A DNA stretch of 25,244 nt from an uncultured Nitrososphaerota archaeon (GTDB taxonomy: Archaea > Asgardarchaeota > Njordarchaeia > Njordarchaeales > Njordarchaeaceae), in the NCBI GenBank assembly GCA_964518475.1, contig CAZFGR010000024.1, positions 1 to 25,244 of the forward strand, in the 5' to 3' direction. A program made the position numbers and the translations under genes. Positions within the stretch are counted from its first letter, which is position 1, and every line of letters starts with the position of its first letter. The notes under the pieces were generated by a model that searched no databases, had not been told where the DNA came from, and saw nothing but the letters and a program-made list of their open reading frames with translations. Shown here piece by piece: positions 17,399 to 25,244 of this stretch.

Positions 17399-18691
17399 AT
17401 GAGCGAGCACAAGATTATTGTTGTAGGAATGGGATTCTCTGGAGCCTATGCTGCGTACTTACTCAAGAAAACGGGCTATGACGTAATCGTGCTCCACAAA
17501 GGATTTGGAGCAACAGCTTTCTCGTCTGGATGCTTCGACATTCTCGGATACTCTATAGAGAAAGGCGAATACTTAGAAGACTTTAAAGAAGGGATTGACG
17601 AAGTTTTAAGCAAGGAAAATCACCCCTATGCAATCGTGACAGACGCTTCTCGAACAAAATTCGAGAAAATGTTAAACGATGCCTGGCGTAACCTCCCGGA
17701 GGATCTTAAAGCCATCTATATTAACAACCGTAATAAGAACTGGTTCGTAATTACCCAGCTAGGAACAATAAAACCAACAGCTGCTATTCAGGCCTCGATG
17801 AAAGGTGCTATGATATCAGAGGAGAATGTAAGTATATGCATAACGGGATTTAAGGGTGATCCCGGATTTAATCCTAGTTTTGTAGCCAAGCTCTTGCGTA
17901 GTTATATCCAAGCATTAAGTTTTCCTAATATTGAGGTAACTCATGCAATAATCGATATCGGGGTAAGGGGTGTCGAGGAATTATCATACTATATTAATAT
18001 AAGGAATAATTTACATGATCTTTACAAAAAATTCAAGCAGCTTGCTCGTAGGAATCGTATAGATATCTTTCTTATCCCTGCACTTCTTGATTTAGAAACT
18101 TTTTCCTTACTAAAAGATCTGAATGGGGAGAGCGATTTTTTGATTAGTGAAATGCCTTCTGGGCCTAGATATTATGCGGGTTTTAGATTACAGAGATTAT
18201 TAAGTAGGGTTCTAGATGATACTGGAGTGCGCTATTCGCGAGTAAAAGAGTTACAAGTTACTCTGGAGGGTGAACGGGCTAAAGAAGTCCTATGGAGAGA
18301 TGCTATCAGTGATAAGACATTCAGAACGCAGGATTTCGAGGCAATAGTAATAGCTACTGGTGATATTATTGGAGGAGGATTAGCTATTCTCGCTGACGAA
18401 TCTCTCAACAAATACCTCCAAGACACAGTGTTTAACTACAGAATCAGAAATCTCGGTCTTGAAGGCGGGTTCGCTGATAGTTACATATGGGGAGATCACG
18501 AGGTTCTAAGAAGTGGATTAATAATAAACGAATCATCCCAAGTAATAATGGGTGAAAATGTCTTAGAGAACGTATTTGCTTGTGGTAGCGTATTAGGAGG
18601 CTACGATTATACTCGCGAGTTGAATGGTTTGGGAGTAGCCCTGATAACTGCTTATAATGTTGTTGAAAATATTAGGAGGTTAGTGAGTTGA
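17399..18691 (+). CDS. glpB: Anaerobic glycerol-3-phosphate dehydrogenase subunit B
   Basis: GMGFSG, SSGCFD, TQLGTIKPT, E.PS.P...G.RL, ATG..IGGG, ACGSVLGG, G.GVAL.TAY; directly after glpA. Confidence 0.88.
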   Translation: MSEHKIIVVGMGFSGAYAAYLLKKTGYDVIVLHKGFGATAFSSGCFDILGYSIEKGEYLEDFKEGIDEVLSKENHPYAIVTDASRTKFEKMLNDAWRNLPEDLKAIYINNRNKNWFVITQLGTIKPTAAIQASMKGAMISEENVSICITGFKGDPGFNPSFVAKLLRSYIQALSFPNIEVTHAIIDIGVRGVEELSYYINIRNNLHDLYKKFKQLARRNRIDIFLIPALLDLETFSLLKDLNGESDFLISEMPSGPRYYAGFRLQRLLSRVLDDTGVRYSRVKELQVTLEGERAKEVLWRDAISDKTFRTQDFEAIVIATGDIIGGGLAILADESLNKYLQDTVFNYRIRNLGLEGGFADSYIWGDHEVLRSGLIINESSQVIMGENVLENVFACGSVLGGYDYTRELNGLGVALITAYNVVENIRRLVS

Positions 18692-18960
18692 GTGGGCAAG
18701 AAAACCATCAAGCATGCTTGAGATGCGGACTTTGCTATAAGGTGTGCCCCCTTACGTGTATTGGTAGCGGTTTTAGATTCACTCCTCAGTTATTCGGCGT
18801 TGAAATAAGAAGACATGGCAAGAGACTTATTGAGAGAATGAATAATGCGCCTTTCCTCTGTCTTTTATGTATGCATTGCAGAATTGTGTGTCCAGCAGAT
18901 ATTGATCTACCTAGAGCTATAAGGAGCCTTAAAGCATCGCTGAACACCCTAGTTTGTTAA
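18688..18960 (+). CDS. 2x[4Fe-4S] protein corresponding to the GlpC N-terminal domain only
   Basis: CLRCGLCYKVCP and CLLCMHCRIVCP; 4-nt overlap with glpB; no CCG domains follow. Confidence 0.8.
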   Translation: MSGQENHQACLRCGLCYKVCPLTCIGSGFRFTPQLFGVEIRRHGKRLIERMNNAPFLCLLCMHCRIVCPADIDLPRAIRSLKASLNTLVC

Positions 18961-19048
18961 ATTAGTTATAGCACTGGGTAACAAATTTTTATGCTTTCGT
19001 TAGCAAATAGTATAAATCACCGTTCCCTTATTAGTTGAGGGAGTATAA

Positions 19049-19891
19049 TTGACTGATGAGTATCGTATAATTCCTACCCTATCGCCTAGAATGGAGCTAA
19101 AGAACATAATTAGGGACTTGAGAAAGATTGTTGCGGCAGAGGATCTCGAGAAAACAAGAGCCTTAGTAGATATGTTGCTGGAGGATGAAGAGTTAAGAGC
19201 GATGATGAATGCCACAAACATTATCGTTGTCAGTTATCTTAAATATAATGATCATGGCTGGTCACACGCTGTTATAACTATGAGGAACGCGCTCAAAATA
19301 TTGACAATAATAAAAGATATTCTCCCTCCGAACATAGTGAAATATAACTTAGGATCGTTTGACGATGCCGCTTTTGTGACAGCTCTTGCCGCTTTTCTGC
19401 ATGATGTAGGAAACATGATTCATCGTGAGAGTCATTGGGAGCATAGTTTATGGCTAACTCGCGATATGATATGGAACATCATTAACAGATTTTACGAGAA
19501 TGAGGATAAGAGGAAGAAGTGGCTTCTATTCGCTCACATTGCGAACGCTATCTATAGTCATGATGAAAAAGTTCAAGCATTTACCATCGAGGCCTCGGCT
19601 GTGAAAGTCGGTGATGGTTGTGATATGGCGGCCGGTAGGAGTAGAAAGCCATACAACATAGGAAAAGTGGATATTCATTCAGTGTCTGCACTAAGTATTA
19701 CTGATGTTGAAATGTCTAGAGGAATTAAGAAACCATTGAGAATAACTGTGAATATGACTAGTCCTGCTGGAATATTCCAAGTAGAGGATGTGTTACTCCC
19801 TAAAATCAAGACATCAATGCTGGAAGGAGAAATAGAAATCGAGACCCTTATAAACGGCAAGAGATTAAAGCTCAGCAAGAGTCCTCTATAA
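19049..19891 (+). CDS. HD-superfamily metal-dependent phosphohydrolase (COG3294-like)
   Basis: YNDHG..H, LHDVGN.IHR..H, SHDE, KVGDGCDM..GRSR, IHSVSA. GGAG SD before TTG. Confidence 0.88.
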   Translation: MTDEYRIIPTLSPRMELKNIIRDLRKIVAAEDLEKTRALVDMLLEDEELRAMMNATNIIVVSYLKYNDHGWSHAVITMRNALKILTIIKDILPPNIVKYNLGSFDDAAFVTALAAFLHDVGNMIHRESHWEHSLWLTRDMIWNIINRFYENEDKRKKWLLFAHIANAIYSHDEKVQAFTIEASAVKVGDGCDMAAGRSRKPYNIGKVDIHSVSALSITDVEMSRGIKKPLRITVNMTSPAGIFQVEDVLLPKIKTSMLEGEIEIETLINGKRLKLSKSPL

Positions 19892-19905
19892 ACGAAATCA
19901 ATTAA

Positions 19906-20339
19906 CTAATAATTCTTGATAATCCTTCTAAATACTCCTTTGACGGGAGGATATACCCCCTTAAGAAGCCTCATAACCAAATTGATACTATTAACCTCCT
20001 TGATCTTAACGAGTAGACACGCTTTTCCACCAAAATTATAGACAAAGCATCATTAGGTGTTGCGACAGGCTTACCTTTCACATTGATCTTTTCTCTAATC
20101 TCTTTCATAGTTCGATCCCTCGGCCTTACTTTAAGTTCGTATGGTCTCAAAAATCCTCATCATGCAAAAGAATAAGTTCATTATTCTTTCGTAACCCTAA
20201 CATCTACCTCGATAATATCTACTCCTAAAATCAATAGCTGTTTTAATGCCTTGATTATGTTTTCTGGAGCAAAACCAGCACCACCTCGGTGACCAATTAC
20301 AGATAATGGCTTGCGAGAAAGATAATCAAGAGTACTTAA
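19906..20339 (-). pseudogene. Glycerophosphodiester phosphodiesterase (GDPD, UgpQ/GlpQ-like) pseudogene
   Basis: The minus strand reads SVIGHRGGAGFAPEN...GVDIIEVDVRVTKE* (stop 20183-20181). Shifted frames continue with NELILLHDEDF*, then ...EIREKINVKGKPVATPNDAL, then GGKACLLVKIKE. No start codon and the C-terminal half is missing. Confidence 0.85.
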
Positions 20340-20436
20340 AATAATCTCTCTGGAAATTAGAGAAAAAAAATCTTCTAAAAGTAAGTAAAGATGAAGAAGA
20401 ATATTATTTATCTTTGTTCTGTTATGTCAAAAATTT

Positions 20437-20577
20437 CTACTCCTCTATTTTTTCAAATGAGCTCTTGGGAGCACCACATAGAGGACATTTCCAGTCATCG
20501 GGCAAATCCTCAAACTTCTTGTTTTCCTCTTCTTCATCGTATACATAGCCACAAACTTTACATCGCCATTTAGCCAA
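20437..20577 (-). CDS. rub: Short rubredoxin (46 aa), missed by ORF track
   Basis: TTG start with GAGGTG SD. Translation [46 protein letters not shown] contains CxxCGY and FEDLP.DW.CP.CG. Confidence 0.93.
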   Translation of the reverse strand: MAKWRCKVCGYVYDEEEENKKFEDLPDDWKCPLCGAPKSSFEKIEE

Positions 20578-20800
20578 TTCCTAACACCTCGTAAAACCAA
20601 GTACAAACACTAGCAATTATTTAACTTTTTCTCTGAATAGACGCATTGCTATATTTAGTAGTACTGAGTATTTTTTAATAGCTCTATGAAACATTAAGGA
20701 AAACTTAAAGAAGTAAAGATAGTCATTCTGGAATATTGGTTCTAGAATTAGATCGTTTTTTTACTCTTCTTTATTATCACGTTTTACGGGTGCGTCAAAG

Positions 20801-21550
20801 ATGATTTATTGGCATGAGCATACTTGGGAAGAAATTAAGAACTTGCTTGATAAAATAGAGGCCGTTATTTTGCCGATCGGTAGTTGTGAGCAGCATTCCT
20901 TGCACTTACCGTTAGGTATGGATACTTATAGTTCAATAGTATTGTCTGAAAAGATAGCGGAAGCTCTCAATGGTAAAGTGCTTGTCTTACCACCAATATG
21001 GTATGGCGTATCTCCCCACCATATGAATTTTCCAGGAACAATAACGCTTTCTAGCGAGACATTAATAAGCCTTGTTTTTGATATTGCCAAGAGCCTGAAG
21101 CATCATGGAGTGAAAAAATTAATTATTATCAATGGACATGGAGGTAACACTGCCCCCTTAACTCTTGCTCTAAGGAAAATAAGGGAGGAGATAGGGTTAG
21201 AGACCGTTCTTGTTAATCCTTGGGAGTTAATAAGGGACGTAATCATGGAGACTCTTGAGAGCAGTGTATGGGGTCATGCATGCGAATTTGAAACTAGTGA
21301 AGCTCTAGTAATTATCCCTGATAAGGTAAGAATCAATAAAATCAAGAAGCCAGAGTTGAAAGAGCAAAAAGCACCATACATGGCGTTGTGGGAAAAAACA
21401 AAGGTAGTCTGGCCTTGGAACACGGATGAATTAACTAGCACAGGATCGATAGGTGATCCAACAAAAGCTAGTAGAGAAAAAGGCGAAAAATTGTTCAATG
21501 CGATGCTGGAGAGAACATTAGAATTCATAACAAAGTTTCTCGAGAAATGA
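20801..21550 (+). CDS. Creatininase/ArfB/MftE family amidohydrolase
   Basis: P.GS.EQH..HLPLG.D, YGVS.HH..FPGT, NGHGGN, HA.EFETS, G.IGDP..AS.EKG. Confidence 0.92.
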   Translation: MIYWHEHTWEEIKNLLDKIEAVILPIGSCEQHSLHLPLGMDTYSSIVLSEKIAEALNGKVLVLPPIWYGVSPHHMNFPGTITLSSETLISLVFDIAKSLKHHGVKKLIIINGHGGNTAPLTLALRKIREEIGLETVLVNPWELIRDVIMETLESSVWGHACEFETSEALVIIPDKVRINKIKKPELKEQKAPYMALWEKTKVVWPWNTDELTSTGSIGDPTKASREKGEKLFNAMLERTLEFITKFLEK

Positions 21551-21737
21551 GTAATTGCTTTCTTTCTTTTTTTATAATATGGTACAGCGTATACCAGAAT
21601 AAGTATGCTCGCTACAACCAGTTTCACTAAGCCTAGTGAGAATTTTTCTGCTTCCTCTGTGGAACCTCCACCAACCGAAATTGACTTATAATAAAATCTC
21701 TTCCTTTCCCAATATTTGAAATAGTGGAAATCTCGGA

Positions 21738-22244
21738 TTGGAGGCTATAGCGGTGCTGAAATTTGAATTTACGATAACTAAGAATGTGAAGGATACGCTG
21801 GCTAGGCTCGAAAAAGTGGTTAAAAATTATCAGATTGACGAGCAGGGAGTTGCGAAGGTTAAAATTAGAACAAGTGAAGGTACTATAACAGTTTTTCTCG
21901 CACCATTTTTGCTGAAGGAGAAACTTGGGTTAGGACTGAGAATCTGGGGTAAAACAAGCAATAGAAAGCATATTGAGTATCTTGAAGCATTTTTGGAAGA
22001 AAAAGCAATTGTACGAAGAATCAAACCATCAATAAATGATTTTGCAACAGAAATAGTGAAAGTTTATGAAGAGGGAGAAATTAAGGAGCTAAGAGATATT
22101 ATAGATAAGGTTTGCAAGAGACTAGGTCTTAGCATAGAGGAAGCAAGGAACTACATGAATTACATTCGGGATATTGGTAAAAGAGAAAGAGTACCAGAGA
22201 GCATCAAAAAGGCATATAAAATTATTGCTAGAGAGTCTCTATAG
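21738..22244 (+). CDS. Hypothetical protein (alpha/beta N-terminus, helical possibly HTH-like C-terminus)
   Basis: 168-aa Lys/Glu-rich ORF typical of this genome; no family recognised; start uncertain. Confidence 0.7.
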   Translation: MEAIAVLKFEFTITKNVKDTLARLEKVVKNYQIDEQGVAKVKIRTSEGTITVFLAPFLLKEKLGLGLRIWGKTSNRKHIEYLEAFLEEKAIVRRIKPSINDFATEIVKVYEEGEIKELRDIIDKVCKRLGLSIEEARNYMNYIRDIGKRERVPESIKKAYKIIARESL

Positions 22245-22435
22245 TAGCTAATTGAACAACTTCTTCTTGCAGTTACTTTTTTAACAAAATCTAGGCATAA
22301 GAATTATTTAGGATACCCTTGTGGAAATTGTTAGTAATCTCCATTCCAATTCTCTATAATTTCCTTCTACATTCACCAGAGCTCTCCTTAAAAATTTCCC
22401 TTAGTCTCTCTAAAGACTACGGAGGAGGGAGGTGC

Positions 22436-23734
22436 ATGGCGAGATTAGGTGCCTTGGTACTCTTATCTCCAACCCCTAATAGTAGACGTGACGAGTATTT
22501 GTTGAGAGAGGATGTTTTAGGTCTCTCAGTTTTGGAGAGAATTATTCTTAATCTCAAGGAGTGTGGGATTAAAAAGATGGTGATTCTGGGAGATAGGGAT
22601 AGCGAGTTGAAGGAATTTATTAGGTTTTCTCGCAGAGCGAGGGATCTTGATATTTTCTTTATTGGCGATGGAGAAAGGCTTGGTTCTATTCTAGAATTAC
22701 TAGAAAAGTTGCCTGAACGTTTGCTAATTCTGGTAGGACCATACTTCCTTGTGGAAGGATACTTGAGTAAAATCGTTGATGGGAAAGAGCACGAAAAAAC
22801 ATTATTCCTAGTTCTGAAGAGGGATGAGTTGAGAGGTAATGGAGAAGTAAAGGTATCCCTTAGAGATTCTAGGATTATAGACATAGGATATGATCTAGCG
22901 AATCCCGATGGGGTACTGGTGGGGCTTATAGTCTCTAAAAATGCCCTACTGAATATTACTAATGGCCTAGAGGAATCAGTATCGCTCATAGAGTTTCTGA
23001 AGAACATTATTAGGTTAAAGGATCAGAAGGTAATCTTTGTGGACGAGGAAAAAGTAGTGCATGTGGACTCGGAGGAGAAGCTCAAACTGCTTGAAAAGAA
23101 GCTATTGAGAAGCCTTAATAAGCCGGACGATGGTTTTATTTCATATTATCTTAACAGGAGGATATCGACTAGGCTTTCTAAATACTTGGTTAGAACCCCC
23201 CTGACGCCAAATATGATCAGTATAATTAGTTTCTCTCTAGCTCTTTTGGCAGCTTATCTATTTTCCCTCGGGAGTTATTTGTACACGGTAATTGCTGGGA
23301 TAATTACCCAAATAGCTTCAATAATCGATGGTTGCGACGGAGAAGTTGCGAGACTCAAGGGTCTTAAGTCGAAGTATGGGGCTGTCTTTGATACTATCCT
23401 TGATAGGTACGCAGATATGCTATTAGCCATAGGAATCGCTTATGGGTATTATACCATTGTTAAAGATCCGTTGATTCTTCTCTTATTAGCTATTCCCTTA
23501 ACTGGCTTCATAATGAGTAGTTACGCGAGAAAAGAGTACATTATTCGCTACCAGAGACAGCCAAGCAGGAAAATTCTTCTCTTAATAAGACGGGATCTAA
23601 GACTCTTCAGCATATTCCTAGGGGCACTTTTCGGGCTTAAATATGCGTACTACATCATGATATCTCTAGGCATTTTCTATCACATAGTGGTGGTCTGGCA
23701 TTACCTCATTAGTTTAAGAAAAGAAGGATATTAA
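22436..23734 (+). CDS. IPCT/DIPPS-like fusion: degenerate nucleotidyltransferase domain + CDP-alcohol phosphatidyltransferase
   Basis: Strong SD GGAGGAGGGAGGTG before ATG 22436. C-terminal K..DGFIS..LNRRIS, TPN.IS, DGCDGEVAR, GAVFD..LDRYAD, RDLR. The N-terminal domain lacks LAAGxGxR. Confidence 0.85.
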   Translation: MARLGALVLLSPTPNSRRDEYLLREDVLGLSVLERIILNLKECGIKKMVILGDRDSELKEFIRFSRRARDLDIFFIGDGERLGSILELLEKLPERLLILVGPYFLVEGYLSKIVDGKEHEKTLFLVLKRDELRGNGEVKVSLRDSRIIDIGYDLANPDGVLVGLIVSKNALLNITNGLEESVSLIEFLKNIIRLKDQKVIFVDEEKVVHVDSEEKLKLLEKKLLRSLNKPDDGFISYYLNRRISTRLSKYLVRTPLTPNMISIISFSLALLAAYLFSLGSYLYTVIAGIITQIASIIDGCDGEVARLKGLKSKYGAVFDTILDRYADMLLAIGIAYGYYTIVKDPLILLLLAIPLTGFIMSSYARKEYIIRYQRQPSRKILLLIRRDLRLFSIFLGALFGLKYAYYIMISLGIFYHIVVVWHYLISLRKEGY

Positions 23735-23790
23735 AAAAAAAGCTTTCAACATTTTTTATCTTCACAAACTCGGTAAGAGAGGATATAAAA

Positions 23791-25071
23791 TTGAAGAAAG
23801 TTAAGGTTCTCTTTTTCCTCGCCTTAATATTTCTAGGATTCATCGCTAATGACTCACTAACTAGTATTGAGAAGCTCAGTGAAAAACCCGTAATTACTAG
23901 TTTTCAGCCAATAGTTTCAGAAGGAATAGCTAATATCACAACGTTTGTCTCTCCTGATTGTGCTTATGATGCTCTGAAAGAAGCTTTAGAATCGGCGAAA
24001 AAATCTCTATTTGTAGAGATGTACAGTTTTAGTAATCCTTATCTATTAGATATAGTTGGGAATCTTAGCGCTGCTGGGATTAATGTCGTATTTATTCTAG
24101 AGGATGATCACGTATCTTATTATGAGAGTCAGTACACTTATTGGGCTGTGCGACAGTTATATCTTCGTGGCGTGAAGGTATACTGGGCATCAGATACGTA
24201 TAGATTTGCACATGCTAAGTTCGTGATAATAGATAATAGCACGGTAATTATTGAGAGTGAAAACTGGGCTAAATCAGGTATTCCGATAGACCCTACCTAT
24301 GGAAACAGGGGTTGGGGGGTAATAATTGAGGATCAAGAAATAGCTAGTTACTTCCTAGATGTATTCTTGTACGATCTCTCTATAGCAGAGCCCTACGACC
24401 CAAACACGGCACCTGAAGGCGAGGCTGTCTCTTATTATGTTCCTAAGGGGGACTATGTACCCTTATTCACAGCTACTAAGTATACCGAGTATGTAAAAAT
24501 GATTCCTATTCTCTCTCCAGACTTCTCGGAAAATCTCATAATTGATCTAATAAACTCCGCTAACGAATCCATCTATATTGAGCAAATGTATATTTACCCA
24601 ACTCTGAACGAGCTAATTAACGCATTAATCAATGCTAAGGAGAGAGGTGTAGAGGTAAAAATAATTCTCGATCCTAAGAGTGACGAGAATAATGAAACAG
24701 CTGAAATCCTGACTTCTCATGGAATAGAGGTTGCTTATGCTTATACAAAAGACTATGGTGAGCCACACTGGTTCGAAACAATGCATAATAAAGGAATGAT
24801 AATTGATGGAAAAATAGTGTTGATCTCAAGCATTAACTGGTCTCCCACATCTTTGAGGGAGAATAGGGAGGCAGGCATAGTAATAATTAACGAGAAAATC
24901 GCTCAGTATTATCTCCAAGTATTCAACTATGACTGGGAGAATGCTCCAGAAAAAATAATATCGGAGGAAACAAAACCATCGCAGAGTCTCTTGTCATATT
25001 TGAAAGACTTATCAATACTAATAATAATCCTAATAGTGATAGCTCTGCTTAAATGGCTAAGAAAGAAGTAA
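23791..25071 (+). CDS. Secreted, membrane-anchored phospholipase D superfamily protein (two HKD motifs)
   Basis: Signal peptide MKKVKVLFFLALIFLG; HAKFVIID..SENW..NRG and HNKGMIID..SINW..NRE; C-terminal TM followed by KWLRKK. Confidence 0.92.
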   Translation: MKKVKVLFFLALIFLGFIANDSLTSIEKLSEKPVITSFQPIVSEGIANITTFVSPDCAYDALKEALESAKKSLFVEMYSFSNPYLLDIVGNLSAAGINVVFILEDDHVSYYESQYTYWAVRQLYLRGVKVYWASDTYRFAHAKFVIIDNSTVIIESENWAKSGIPIDPTYGNRGWGVIIEDQEIASYFLDVFLYDLSIAEPYDPNTAPEGEAVSYYVPKGDYVPLFTATKYTEYVKMIPILSPDFSENLIIDLINSANESIYIEQMYIYPTLNELINALINAKERGVEVKIILDPKSDENNETAEILTSHGIEVAYAYTKDYGEPHWFETMHNKGMIIDGKIVLISSINWSPTSLRENREAGIVIINEKIAQYYLQVFNYDWENAPEKIISEETKPSQSLLSYLKDLSILIIILIVIALLKWLRKK

Positions 25072-25244
25072 GTGGGTCTCAATATATGGTATCTATGTCT
25101 AATCACTTGGGAATGGTAATAGTAATATCTCATAGCTGGAATAGCGGGGAGAAAAGAGCTAAAGAAGATTAAGGTTAAGGAAAAAAGACTTCTCACACTT
25201 CCATGAAGTTATTGCCCCATATAAATTTTCTCTAATCCTCTCTT

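Noticed and set aside
20391-20573. 60-aa plus-strand ORF
   Set aside because: Antisense shadow of the rubredoxin gene.
20801-21550. Specific call as arfB, mftE or creatininase
   Set aside because: Family motifs are shared among these enzymes and no pathway neighbours are present to discriminate.
22319-22435. N-terminal extension of the CDP-alcohol transferase fusion
   Set aside because: A very strong SD directly precedes ATG 22436; the upstream sequence looks like promoter DNA.
22417-23007. 196-aa minus-strand ORF
   Set aside because: Ser-rich antisense shadow of the IPCT/DIPPS-like gene.
24927-25244. 89-aa minus-strand ORF or end of a gene entering from the right edge
   Set aside because: Overlaps the PLD 3' end and has no motifs; too little sequence to identify an incoming gene.
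1-25244. CRISPR arrays, tRNA/rRNA genes, IS elements, integrases
   Set aside because: No regularly spaced repeats, GC-rich structural RNA segments, or transposase/recombinase motifs were seen by eye.

Overview
AT-rich, gene-dense archaeal chromosomal segment, probably from a thermophilic anaerobe. Evidence: archaeal-type ApgM, an IPCT/DIPPS-like fusion, a HEPN-MNT pair, and GGAG/GAGGTG Shine-Dalgarno sites before frequent TTG/GTG starts. A longin-domain protein suggests an Asgard-like or related lineage (inference). No rRNA, tRNA, CRISPR or intact mobile element was seen. Contents in order: 3' end of an FG-GAP/beta-propeller protein; DapA-family aldolase; orphan with an apparent catalytically dead MPN/JAB motif; PK C-terminal-like protein; RibU-like ECF transporter (S, fused AA', T); longin + helical-solenoid protein; ApgM; endonuclease III; malic enzyme; NikMNQO/CbiMNQO with a candidate NikR operator; HEPN-MNT; GlpA-GlpB plus a 90-aa ferredoxin-only GlpC; HD hydrolase; frameshifted glycerophosphodiesterase pseudogene and 46-aa rubredoxin (both absent from the ORF track); creatininase-family hydrolase; orphan; CDP-alcohol phosphotransferase fused to a degenerate nucleotidyltransferase; membrane-anchored secreted PLD. 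The best leads are the two eukaryotic-signature-like orphans (longin-solenoid and MPN-minus) and a partly decaying phospholipid/G3P scavenging neighbourhood.
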